From assembly GCA_030390025.1 (NCBI GenBank), contig CM059432.1, positions 112,718,001-112,782,000 of the forward strand: DNA of 64,000 nucleotides, given 5' to 3'. Every line of letters starts with the position of its first letter. Position 1 is the stretch's first letter. Origin of the DNA: Squalus acanthias (taxonomy: Eukaryota). Below are positions 1-11,100 of this stretch, in pieces. The notes beneath the pieces are model-generated. The model searched no databases, was not told the DNA's origin, and saw only the letters and a program-made list of their open reading frames with translations. A program made the position numbers and the translations under genes.

Positions 1-708
1 GCTTGTCCTCTTTGCTGCCTCTGCTTCATCTCCATGTGCCCCCCAGGACTGTCAGCAAGTGGTCTTCTCAGAGGCAAAATACTGCAGTTCTGGAAATCTG
101 AAATAAAAGCAGAAAATGCTGGAAATACTCAGCAGTTCAGGCAGCACCTCGAGCTGAAACATTAACTCTGTTTCTCTCTCTATGGATGCTGCCTGACCTG
201 CTGAATATTTCCAGCATTTTCTGCCTTCTCAGAGGCCTTCCTTTACCATTCAAAGCTTTGCAAGAGTCCAGCAGCACTCTCTGCACTCCCTGCACACTTT
301 AACAACATTTAAATGTATTTCACCAAGCCACAGCTTCAATAAAATACAAAAAAACAGTCCAAAAGCTGAAATCCAAACTTATTTGAAAGATGTGTGTGTC
401 CCTTTAAGAAGTGCTAACAGCGTCTCTGCAGGGCTGCTTCACGCACATTTTTCTGTGCGTACTTAGGACAAGACGTTAAAGCATGCGAGAACGTCCAAAA
501 GATCAGTCGTGGCGTCATATCAGGCGTTGCACGCCGATTGACGTCACGATCTGCTCATTTAAATTTGAGAGACCAGCGCTGGCAACGGAGCGCGGTGGCC
601 CTCACCAAAATGGCGGCCGCCATGTCCTGCGCCAGAAGCAAGGCGGCCGCCATTTTTTCAACAAAGCCGGCCTTAACTGCTGATGCTACACTGGGGAATT
701 TCTAGGCC
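1..708. mobile_element. Right-hand end of a PIF/Harbinger-type element, running off the window start and interrupted by a PLE remnant
   Basis: Ends in GAATTTCTAGGCC (696-708) followed by ATT. The same terminal motif closes Harbinger copies at 5699-5711 and 46642-46654 and recurs at 63871-63883. GC-rich subterminal region with CCCTTTAAG as in the other copies. Confidence 0.55.
76..224. mobile_element. Fold-back remnant of a Penelope-like element terminus (family 2)
   Basis: Inverted arms CAGAAAATGCTGGAAATACTCAGCAG.. / ..CTGCTGAATATTTCCAGCATTTTCTG. The same sequence is attached to a GIY-YIG C-terminus at 58730-59240. Flanked by the 12-bp direct repeat CTTCTCAGAGGC (64-75, 225-236). Confidence 0.75.
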
Positions 709-789
709 ATTGCCTTACCTTCTGTGTTTTAAAGTGAACAATTTAGTGTAGGGTTTTAAGCCATCACCTGTGTATATTGTATTAAAACA

Positions 790-1850
790 AAACACAGAAA
801 ATGCTGGAAATACTCAGCAGGTCAGGCAGCATCTGTGGAGAGAGAAACAGAGTTAATGTTTCAGGTTGATAACCTGAAGCTTGAGTTCTGATGAAGGATC
901 ATCGATCTGAAACTTTGGGCTGGATTTTCACTGACCCTGTGGAGTCGGGTTTGGACGCGGGGGGGGGGGGGGGGGGTTAAAGTTGCAGATTCGGGGGTCC
1001 CGCCTCCATGCCAGTTTCACTGGCGGCGGGTACCCGACCTGTGCTGGGACCCGACTCCCCGAGGTGGGAAGGGATTAGTGACAATTAACTGCCTGTTAAC
1101 AGGTAGTTAACAGGCAGTTTTTTGCCTAATCCCTATTTTAATCGCTGAAATGTGGGCTTCCTGACAGGTCCGAACCACGGCAAGTTATCGGGGCGGACCG
1201 TGGGTCTGCAGGGGTTGGAGGGGTCGATATGTCCGGTGGGCAGGTGAGTGATGGGTGAATGTGTGCAGAGGTAACTGTGTAAGGTAAGTGCAAAGTGTGG
1301 GAAAAAGTTTTACTTACCTTAACTTCCTCCTGCAGGTGTCAGCCCTTCAGTTCTCGGGAGTCAGAAATCTCACCGGCACAGAAAGCAGAAAAGCCGTGGT
1401 GCTGTCAAAAACTGCAGCCTTCTGTTTTCTGTGTTGGAATGATTTCTAACTCAGCCTGAGAGGAAGGACTCAAGTTAGAAATCATATTGTCAGTGTTTGA
1501 CAGCTTCACATAGCTGTCAAATGCTGATATTTCATCTGTCAAAAGCTCTTGACAGATGAAATGTCAATCTGTGACGTCACCTGTTGCTGGGTGGCCCTTA
1601 ATTGGCCTGCTGAGCTCACTGGGCGGGCTCAACAAGGTCAATCAAGGGAAAATACAGTGGGTTGGCCACAAGTCGATGGAGGCGGGTCTACAACCCAAAA
1701 AGTGGGATTCATGACACCAACCCGACCCCAGTATCAAAATCCAGCCCATTAACTCTGTTTCTCTCTCCACAATGCTGCCTGACCTGCTGAGTGTTTCCAG
1801 CATTTTCTGTTGTTATTTCAGATTTCCAGCATCCGCAGTATTTTCCTGTT
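790..1850. mobile_element. Fold-back PLE terminus (family 2) split by a MITE
   Basis: Left arm ~790-875 is the reverse complement of the right arm, 884-916 joined to 1748-1850. The MITE at 917-1747 interrupts it. Confidence 0.7.
917..1747. mobile_element. MITE, Harbinger-type non-autonomous element
   Basis: TIRs GGGCTGGATTTT / AAAATCCAGCCC with 3-bp flanks TTT/ATT. Removing it restores the PLE sequence GAAAC-ATT-AACTCTG. Internal hairpin AACTGCCTGTTAAC..GTTAACAGGCAGTT at ~1087-1118. Confidence 0.8.
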
Positions 1851-1944
1851 GACCTCGTAGCTCAGCTGCCTTCAGTGGACAAGTTGCACTGCTTTGAGGC
1901 CAGACTTGTGCTCTGCAGCTGCACAGTACCCCCTCATCTGGAAG

Positions 1945-3547
1945 AAAGGTGTGAGGTGATACATTTTGGTAGGAAGAATGAGGAGAGGCAATATAAACGA
2001 ACTAGTATAATTGTAAAGTGGGTGCAGGAACAGCGAGACCTGGGGGTGTATGTAAACAAATCTTTGAAGATGGCTGGACAAGATGAGAAGGCTGTTAAAA
2101 AAGTATATGGGATCCTTGGCTTTATTAAAAGAAGAATAGAGTACAAAAGCAAGGAAATTATGCTCAGCCTTTATGAAACATTGGTTAGGCATTAGCTGGA
2201 GTATTGTGTTCAATCCTAGGCACCAGACTTTAGGAAGGATGTCAAGGCCTTGGAGAGGGTGCAGAGGAGATTTACTAGAATGGTACCAGGGATGAGGGAC
2301 TTCATCTTATGTGGAGAGACTGGAGAAGCTGGGTTTGTTCTCCTTAGAGCAGAGAAGATTAAGAGAAGATTTCATAGAGGTCTTCAAAATCATAAATGGT
2401 TTTGATAGAGTAAATAAGGAGAAACTGTTTCCAGCAGTGTTGGTAACCAGAGGACACAAATTTAAGGTGATTAAGGAAACATTTTTTTACACAGCGATTT
2501 GTTGTGATCTGGAATGCACTGCCTGAAAGGCTGGTGCAAGCAGATTCAATAGTAACTTTCAAAAGAGAATTGGATAAATACTTGAGGGAAAAAAAATTAC
2601 AGGGCTATGTAGAAAGAGCAGGGCTGTGGTATTAATTGGATAGCTCTACCAAAGAACTGACACAAGCACAAATGGCCGAGTAGCCTTTTTTTTTAAAATG
2701 TATTTGTTTATGGGATGTGGGCATCGCTGGCAAGGCCAGCATTTATTGCCCATCCCTAATTGCCCTTGAGAAGGTGGTGGTGAGCCGCCTTCTTGAACCG
2801 CTGCAGTCCGTGTGGTGAAGGTACTCCCACAGTGCTGTTAGGGAGGGAGCTCCAGCATTTTGATCCAGCAACGATGAAGGATATACTTCTAAGTCAGGAT
2901 GGTGTGTGACTTGGAGGGGAACTTGGAGGTGGTGGTGTTCCCATGAGCCTGCTGCCCTTGTCCTTCTAGGTGGAAGAGGTCGCGGGTTTGGGAGGGGCTG
3001 CCGAAGAAGCCTTGGCGAGTTGCTGCAGTGCATCTTGCAGATGGTACACACTGCAGCCACGGTGGAGGGAGTAAATGGTTAAGGTGGTGGATGGGGTGCC
3101 AATCAAGCGGGCTGCTTTGTCCTGGATGGTGTCAAGCTTCTTGAGTGTTGTTGGAGCTGCACTCATCCAAGCAAGTGGAGAGTATTCCATCACACTCCTT
3201 ACTTGTGCCTTGTAGATAGTGGAAAGGCTTTGGGGAGTCAGGAGGTGAGACACTCACCGCAGAATACCCAGCCTCTGACCTGCTCTTGTTGCCACAGTAT
3301 TTATGTGGCTGGTCCAGTTAAGTTTCTGGTCAATGGTGACCCCCAGGATGTTGATGGTGGGGGATTCGACGATGGTAATGCCGTTGATGTCATGGGGCGG
3401 TGGTTAGACTCTCGCTTGTTGGAGATAGTCATTGCCTGGCACTTCTGTGGCACGAATGTTACCTGCCACTTATCAGCCCAAGCCTGAACGTCGTCCAGGT
3501 CTTGTTGCATGCCACCTTCTGTGCTGTATCATTCTATGATTCTATGA
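1945..3547 (+). mobile_element. CR1 LINE 3' fragment (decayed ORF2 C-terminus plus 3'UTR), interrupted at 2686-3511
   Basis: Peptides CEVIHFGRKN..RDLGVYV..LYETLVR and ERLEKLGLFSLEQRRLRED.IEVFKI are typical of the CR1 ORF2 end. Tail CCTTCTGTGCTGTA..(TTCTATGA)n at 3515-3547. Confidence 0.85.
2686..3511 (-). mobile_element. 5'-truncated LINE (RT C-terminus, CR1/L2-supergroup-like family) nested in the CR1 3'UTR
   Basis: Frameshifted peptides QQDLDDVQAWADKWQVTF and LSTIYKAQVRSVMEYSPLAW. Highly similar to 6017-8188 in the opposite orientation. Confidence 0.85.
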
Positions 3548-3845
3548 ATAGCTTCCAGGAGCAGTCCCACCTCAAAGAAATGCACATCCTGTCAGGCCAT
3601 CATGGAGTATCATTGTGTTCCAAACGGCTGTATTTTCTGCCAACAAAGTGTCGACCAGTATACAACTGCACAGACAACGCAGGTAAGTGGGAGGTGGGGG
3701 CGGGGGGGGGGGGGGGGGGGGGTGGGGGGGGGATGTAATTGGACTCTGACTGGAATGTGTAATTTGATCCAGTCAGTGGCAGTCAGGCTATTGACATGCA
3801 ATACTGCATTGAAGCTCTTTATATTCCTATTATATTCATGCTGTA

Positions 3846-5711
3846 TGGAGCCACTGCCATTCTGTGGGGCAGCGCCTCAGCAAACCTAGCCATCTGATGG
3901 AGTACAGATTGCTGGACTGGTGTGACACCTTGCAAGCCCCTTGCCACACTGGTAAACGTAGCCATGATGGTAGCAGTCTGAGCTTGCGTGGCAGCAAGCT
4001 GAGCCTGCATGAGAGCAGTCAGAGCTTGCATGGCTGAAGTCTGAGCTGCCACTGCAGCACTCAGACATTGGGTGTTTCTGCTTGTGCTACAATGGAAGCT
4101 GAGACTTAGGCCATCAGACACTGCATCATGGGTGGGTCCACAAGTGCGCTAATGGAGTTGCCCATCACTTCCATGCTGGAAATCATGGACTCCAAACTCT
4201 GCGCAAAGCCCTGTGCAAGGTTGATGCCAGACTCCTCCATGCTCCTTGACATTGCACTGAGGCTTTCTGGCAGGCCTGCCAATGCACCAAGCATTTCATT
4301 GTGCATACCCATCAGTGTTCTTTTGCAGCCTTCCCCATCAAAGTCCTCATCTGAGTCCGCTGCATCAGAACTAGTGTGCAACCTCGCCCTCTGGGAGCTG
4401 ACACCTGCGCTACCCTTTCCCCCTGCCCTGGTTGGAGCCCACTCGTGCCCAGTGACTCACCACGTGCAGATCCCACCTCTAAGCTACTCTCTAAAGTCCG
4501 CGCAGTGCCAGTATCTAAGCTGGTGGCTGTGAGTGTCAGATCGAGTGTCGGTGTTTCTTCTTCATCATCACTTTCCTCTTCCTCTTGCACCACTGGCTGG
4601 CCAGGTTGGATTTCTTGGATCTCTGAAATGAGAAAGGCACAAGGGTAGGGTTGTGGTGACTGGGTGGGGCGGGGGAGGGGGGTGGTGCGGCGGCTGTGGG
4701 AGGGAGCAAGAGATGCATGCTTACACCTTGTGCAGCTTGTAAATCTGAAGAGATTGTGGGATGAGGGGGGATGGAGGGGGATGATGTGAGAAGGAGGATT
4801 ATGTATTCTTTCGACCCCGCCGCTGGTCACGGGCTCAGTAACGCCCCTCCCAATTATGGCCAGCACTGTCTCCTCTATGGGGGTCAGGTTCTGCAGGCAC
4901 GCCTGTCCCTCACCGGTTAGGTCCTGCTGACGCCGGTTGTGAGCCACCTTTTCCTGCAGTGAGTGTGGTGTAATGTGTTAGGGTGATCTGCCTGTCTTGG
5001 TTGAACAGCTGATAGTGTGTGCAAGTTATGAGATGCGGGTGTGAGGCTTGCAGCAGTGGTATGTGTGAGGTTGAGGTGAAGCTATGAATGTGAGGTATGA
5101 GTCATGTTTGATAGATATTGTTGGTTGGTGAGTGATGGGTGGTGCGTTGAGCAGTGGCTGAGGCTACTGATGCACATGGTGGGACACGGCATTTGAGGTC
5201 ATTAAACTTCTTCCAGCACTGCGTCCAGGTCCTCTGAGCTAAACTGCTGCCGTTCACCACAGCGGCTATCTGCTCTCATTGGACTTCACACATTTGCCTG
5301 AAGGGCCTCCTGGGCCTGCTGTGGAAACAACACCTCTCTCCTCGAGTTGACCTCTTACACCAAGGCCTCCAGTGCTGCATCCGAGACCCTTGGCGCACGC
5401 TCTCTCCCCTGTTGTGACATAATTGTTAATTTATCCTCCTCTCACTCTCTTACCCAGCCAGTTCAATGAGCTGCTGCAGGCAAAATGCACCAGCCCTTTA
5501 AGAGTTGCAGTCTGCCTTTAAGAAGTGGAGGCTAGGTTTAATTATAGCTAGCCTCGCACAAACCTGGGCCCCTTGCTGAGCGTTCAGCCACTCAGCAGCA
5601 AGTTCAGTGCTGGGTTGTACGCCTCAATCATGCTAATCAGCAGGCAGAATGAAGTTTGTGTGCTGCCTGCAGTCCTTTGAACAGGTTCAGGGGCAAATGA
5701 ATTTCTAGACC
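3846..5711 (-). mobile_element. Truncated PIF/Harbinger element carrying a decayed Myb/SANT-like ORF2 and one TIR
   Basis: The minus-strand ATG at 5420 gives MSQQGRERAPRVSDAALEALV*. Later segments include RTWTQCWKKFND and AHNRRQQDLTGEG..LTPIEETVLAIIG. Paralogous to 39443-40852 and 42573-44730. TIR GAATTTCTAGACC at 5699-5711. Confidence 0.8.
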
Positions 5712-6016
5712 ACAGTGCTAACAGTCCCGAATTCAGACAGTGCACAGTGCTAACAGTCCTGAATTCAGACAGCGTACAGTGCTAACAGCCCCGAATTCAG
5801 ACAATGTACAATTCTAACAGTCCAAAAATCGGACTATGTACAGTACTAACAGTCCCGAATTCAGACAACGTACAGTACTAACAGTCCCAAAATTGGACAG
5901 CGTACAGTACTAACAGTCCCGAATTCAGACAATGTACAGTGCTAACAGGCCCCGAATTAGACAATGTACAGTGCTAACAGTCCCGAATTCAGACAATGTA
6001 CAGTGCTAACAGTCCC
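5712..6016 (+). repeat. 32-bp satellite, diverged left edge (~9-10 monomers)
   Basis: Degenerate copies of CAGTACTAACAGTCCCGAATTCAGACAATGTA starting immediately after the Harbinger TIR. Confidence 0.95.
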
Positions 6017-6291
6017 TAGGCCCAACCATCTTCAGCTGCTTCATCAATGACCAACATAAGGTCAGAAATGGGGATGTTCGCTGATGACTGCACAGTGTTC
6101 AGCGCCATTCGCAACTCCACAGATAATGAAGCAATCCATGCCCGCATGCAACAAGACCTGGACGACGTTCAGGCTTGGGCTGATAAGTGGCAGGTAACAT
6201 TCGCGCCACAGAAGTGCCAGGCAATGACTATCTCCAACAAAAATGAGAAGTCGCACAACACCAGGTTATAGTCCAACAGATTTATTTAAAA

Positions 6292-6333
6292 TTACAAGCT
6301 TTCGGAGCTATCGATCGCCCCTTCTTCAGGTAA
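6292..6333 (-). ncRNA. Minimal type I hammerhead ribozyme motif (PLE family 1)
   Basis: Minus strand reads TTAC-CTGAAGA-A-GGGGC(GATCGATA)GCTCC-GAAA-GC-TT-GTAA. This gives the CUGANGA and GAAA cores, a 5-bp stem II, a 4-bp stem I and palindromic AGCU at stem III. Confidence 0.75.
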
Positions 6334-7303
6334 AGTTACTGTGAGTGAATCTACAAAAATTCACAGAATATAAACACAGGGAAAATGCAGAGATGCAATC
6401 TTTCCTTACATCAAAGACACACTAAGAGCACAGCCAAGACAATGAGATGTGTCCCAGGGGGTCCAACGTGTCAAAACCTGCTGTCTGCATATCCTCTCCA
6501 TTTGGGTTTGTTTTCTGTGTTTGTTTTTTGTGTTTGTTTTTTTTTTAAACTGGAAAGACAGACAACGATGTCAAGTCACGTTCTGTAGCGTGACATGAAC
6601 CCGATATCCCTATTGAGGCCGTCCTCATGAGTGCGGAACTTGGCTATCAGTTTCTGCTCGATGATTTTGCGTTGTCGTGTATCTCGAAGGCCGCCTTGGA
6701 GAACGCTAACCCGCAGATCCGAGGCTGAATGCCCTTGACTGCTGAAGTGTTCCCCGACTGGGAGGCAACCATCCTGCCTGGCGATTGTTGCGCGGTGTCC
6801 GTTCATACGTTGTCTCAGTGTCTAGACAACGTATGAACGGACACCGCGCAACAATCGCCAGGCAGGATGGTTGCCTCCCAGTCGGGGAACACTTCAGCAG
6901 TCAAGGGCATTCAGCCTCGGATCTGCGGGTTAGCGTTCTCCAAGGCGGCCTTCGAGATACACGACAACGCAAAATCATCGAGCAGAAACTGATAGCCAAG
7001 TTCCGCACTCATGAGGACGGCCTCAATAGGGATATCGGGTTCATGTCACGCTACAGAACGTGACTTGACATCTTTGTCTGCCTTTCCAGTTTTTAAAAAA
7101 AAAACACAAAAAACAAACACAAAAAACAAACCCAAATGGAGAGGATATGCAGACAGCAGGTTTTGACACGTTGGACCCCCTGGGACACATCTCATTGCCT
7201 TGGCTGTGCTCTTAGTGTGTCTTTGATGTAAGGAAAGATTGCATCTCTGCATTTTCTCTGTGTTTATATTCTGTGAATTTTTGTAGATTCACTCACAGTA
7301 ACT

Positions 7304-7345
7304 TTACCTGAAGATGGGGCGATCGATAGCTCCGAAAGCTTGTAA
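7304..7345 (+). ncRNA. Minimal type I hammerhead ribozyme motif (PLE family 1)
   Basis: TTAC-CTGAAGA-T-GGGGC(GATCGATA)GCTCC-GAAA-GC-TT-GTAA. Confidence 0.72.
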
Positions 7346-8188
7346 TTTTAAATAAATCTGTTGGACTATAACCTGGTGTTGTGCGACTTCTCATTTTTGT
7401 CCACCCCAGTCCAACGCCGGCATCTCCGCATTATCTCCAACAAGCGAGAGTCTAAACACCTCCCCTTGACATTCAATGGCATTACCATCGCTGAATCCCC
7501 CACTATCAACATCCTGGGGGTCACCATTAACCAGAAACTTAACTGGACCAGCCGCATAAATAATGTGGCAACAAGAGCAGGTCAGGGGCTAGATATTCTG
7601 CAGCGTGTGTCTCATCTCCTGACTCCCCAAAGCCTTTCCACCATCTACAAGGCACCAGTCAGGAGTGTGATGGAATACTCTCCACTTGCCTGGATGAGTG
7701 CAGCTCCAACAACACTCAAGATGCTCGACACCATCCAGGACAAAGCAGCCCGCTTGATTGGCACCCCATCCACCACCTTAAACATTCACTCCCTCCACCA
7801 CCGGCGTACCGTGGCTGCAGTGTGCACCAGCTACAAGATGCACTGCAGCAACTCACCAAGGCTTATTCGGCAGCACCTCCCAAACCCGCGACCTCTTCCA
7901 CCTAGAAGGACAAGGGCAGCAGGCGCATGGGAACATCACCACCTCCAAGTTCCCCTCCAAGTCACACACCATCCTGACTTAGAAATATATCTCCGATCCT
8001 TCATCATCGCTGGGTCAAAATCCTGGAACTCCCTAAGTAACAGCACTGTGGGAGTACCATTACCACACGGACTGCAGCGGGTCAAGAAGGCGGCTCACCA
8101 CCACCTTCTCAAGGGCAACTAGGGATGGGCAATAAATGCTGGCATTGCCAGCGACGCCCACATCGCATGAACAAATTTTTTTTTTAAA

Positions 8189-11100
8189 TCCCGACTTCAG
8201 ACAGTGTACAGTGCGAAGAGTCCTGAATTCAGACAATGTACAGTACTAACAGTCCCGAATTCAGACAATGTACAGTACTAACAGTCCCGAATTCAGACAA
8301 TGTACAGTACTAACAGTCCCGAATTCAGACAATGTACAGTACTAACAACCCCGAATTCAGACAATGTACAGTACTAACAGTCCCGAATTCAGACAATGTA
8401 CAGTACTAACAGTCCCGAATTCAGACAATGTACAGTACTAACAACCCCGAATTCAGACAATGTACAGTACTTACAGTTCCGAATTCAAACAATGTACAGT
8501 ACTGACAGTCCCGAATTCAGACAATGTACAGTACTAACAGTCCCGAATTCAGACAGCGTACAGTACTAACAGTCCCGAATTCAGACAATGTACAGTACTA
8601 ACAGTCCCGAATTCAGACAATGTACAGTACTAACAACCCCGAATTCAGACAATGTACTGTACTAACAGTCCCGAATTCAGACAATGTACAGTACTAACAG
8701 TCCCGTATTCAGACAATGTACAGTACTAACAACCCCGAATTCAGACAATGTACAGTACTAACAGTCCTGATTTCAGACAATGTACAGTACTAACAACCCC
8801 GAATTAAGACAATGTACAGTACTAACAGTCCCGAATTCAGACAGCGTACAGTACTAACATTCCCAAATTCAGACAATGTACAGTGCTAACAGTCCCGAAT
8901 TCAGACAATGTACAGTACTAACAGTCCCGTATTCAGACAATGTACAGTGCTAACAGTTCCGAATTCAGACAATGTACAGTACTAACAGTTCCGAATTCAG
9001 ACAATGTACAGCACTAACAGTCCCGAATTCAGACAATGTACAGTACTAACAGTCCCGATATCAGACAATGTACAGTACTAACAACCCCGAATTCAGACAA
9101 TGTACAGTACTAACAGTCCCGAATTCAGACAGCGTACTGTACTAACAGTCCCGAATTCAGACAATGTACAGTACTAACAGTCCCGTATTCAGACTATGTA
9201 CAGTGCTAACAGTTCCGAATTCAGACAATGTACAGTACTAACAGTCCCTTATTCAGACAATGTACAGTACTAACAGTCCCGTATTCAGACAATGTACAGT
9301 ACTAACAGTCCCGAATTCAGACAATGTACAGTACTAACAGTCCCGAATTCAGACAATGTACAGTACTAACAGTCCCGTATTCAGACAATGTACTGTACTA
9401 ACAACCCCGAATTCAGACAATGTACAGTACTAACAGTCCCGAATTCAGACAATGTACAGTACTAACAGTCCCGTATTCAGACAATGTACTGTACTAACAA
9501 CCCCGAATTCAGACAATGTACAGTACTAACAGTCCCGAATTCAGACAATGTACAGTACTAACAGTCCCGAATTCAGACAATGTACAAAACTAACTGTCCC
9601 AAATTCAGACAATGTACAGTACTAACAGTCCCGATATCAGACAATGTACAGTACTAACAACCCCGAATTCAGACAATGTACAGTACTAACAGTCCCGAAT
9701 TCAGACAGCGTACAGTACTAACAGTCCCGAATTCAGACAATGTACAGTACTAACAGTCCCGTATTCAGACTATGTACAGTGCTAACAGTTCCGAATTCAG
9801 ACAATGTACAGTACTAACAGTCCCTAATTCAGACAATGTACAGTACTAACAGTCCCGTATTCAGACAATGTACAGTACTAACAGTCCCGAATTCAGACAA
9901 TGTACAGTACTAACAGTCCCGAATTCAGACAATGTACAGTACTAACAGTCCCGTATTCAGACAATGTACTGTACTAACAACCCCGAATTCAGACAATGTA
10001 CAGTACTAACAGTCCCGAATTCAGACAATGTACAGTACTAACAGTCCCGAATTCAGACAATGTACAAAACTAACTGTCCCAAATTCAGACAATGTACAGT
10101 ACTAACAGTCCCGAATTCAGACAATGTACAGTACTAACAGTCCCGAATTCAGACAATGTACAGTACTAACAGTCCCGAATTCAGACAATGTACAGTACTA
10201 ACAGTCCCGAATTCAGACAATGTACAGTACTAACAGTCCCGAATTCAGACAATGTACAGTACTAACAATCCCGAATTCAGACAATGTACAGTACTAACAG
10301 TCCCGAATTCAGACAATGAACAGTACTAACTGTCCCGAATTCAGACAATGTACAGTACTAACTGTCCCGAATTCAGACAGTGTACAGTACTAACAGTCCC
10401 AAATTCAGACAATGTACAGTACTAAACAGTCCCGAATTCAGACAATGTACAGTACTAACAGTCCCGAATTCATACATTGTACAGTACTAACAGTCCCGAA
10501 TTCAGACAATGTACGGTACTAACAATCCCGAATTCAGACAATGTACAGTACTAACAGTCCCGAATTCAGACAATGTACAGTACTAACAGTCCCGAATTCA
10601 GACAATGTACAGTACTAACAGTCCCGAATTCAGATAATGTACAGTACTAACAGTCCCGAATTCAGACAATGTACAGTACTAATAGTCCCGAATTCAGACA
10701 ATGTACAGTACTAACAATCCCGAATTCAGACAATGTACAGTACTAACAGTCCCGAATTCAGACAATGTACAGTACTAACAACCCCGAATTCAGACAATGT
10801 ACAGTACTAACAATCCCGAATTCAGACAGCGTACAGAACTAACAGTCCCGAATTCTGACAGCGTACAGTACTAACAGTCCCGAATTCAGACAATGTACAG
10901 TACTAACAGTCCCGAATTCAGTCAGCGTACAGTGCTAACAGTCCCGAATTCAGACAATGTACAGTACTCACAGTCCCGAATTCACACAGCGTACAGTACT
11001 AACAGTCCCGAATTCAGACAATGTACAGTACTAACAGTCCCGAATTCAGACAATGTACAGTACTAACAGACCCAAATTCAGACAATGTACAGTACTCAGT

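Larger units (their letters stand above)
6241..7431. mobile_element. Penelope-like element (family 1), fold-back insertion of two inverted 3' ends
   Basis: 6237-6815 is the reverse complement of 6824-7400, with an 8-bp spacer. Both arms encode the GIY-YIG C-terminus RQRMNGHR..VGEHF..RKIIEQKLIAKFRT..GLNRD. 12-bp TSD TATCTCCAACAA (6229-6240, 7432-7443). Confidence 0.92.
6017..8188 (+). mobile_element. 5'-truncated LINE (RT C-terminus plus 3' end) inserted in the satellite and itself interrupted by a PLE
   Basis: LGPTIFSCFIND..MFADDCTVF (RT catalytic F/YADD motif), ADKWQVTF, LSTIYKAPVRSVMEYSPLAW. 3' end AATAAA..T-run. The satellite resumes in phase at TCCCGA (8189). Confidence 0.88.

Noticed and set aside
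959..976. Poly-G runs (also 3702-3732) as functional G-quadruplexes
   Set aside because: Simple homopolymers of uncertain assembled length, with no supporting evidence of function.
6785..7063. Independent 92-aa gene
   Set aside because: It is the mirror arm of the PLE palindrome, and its N-terminus is antisense sequence read across the inversion point.
7361..8122. 253-aa protein-coding gene
   Set aside because: A chimeric ORF that starts in the PLE terminus and reads into the truncated LINE RT C-terminus.
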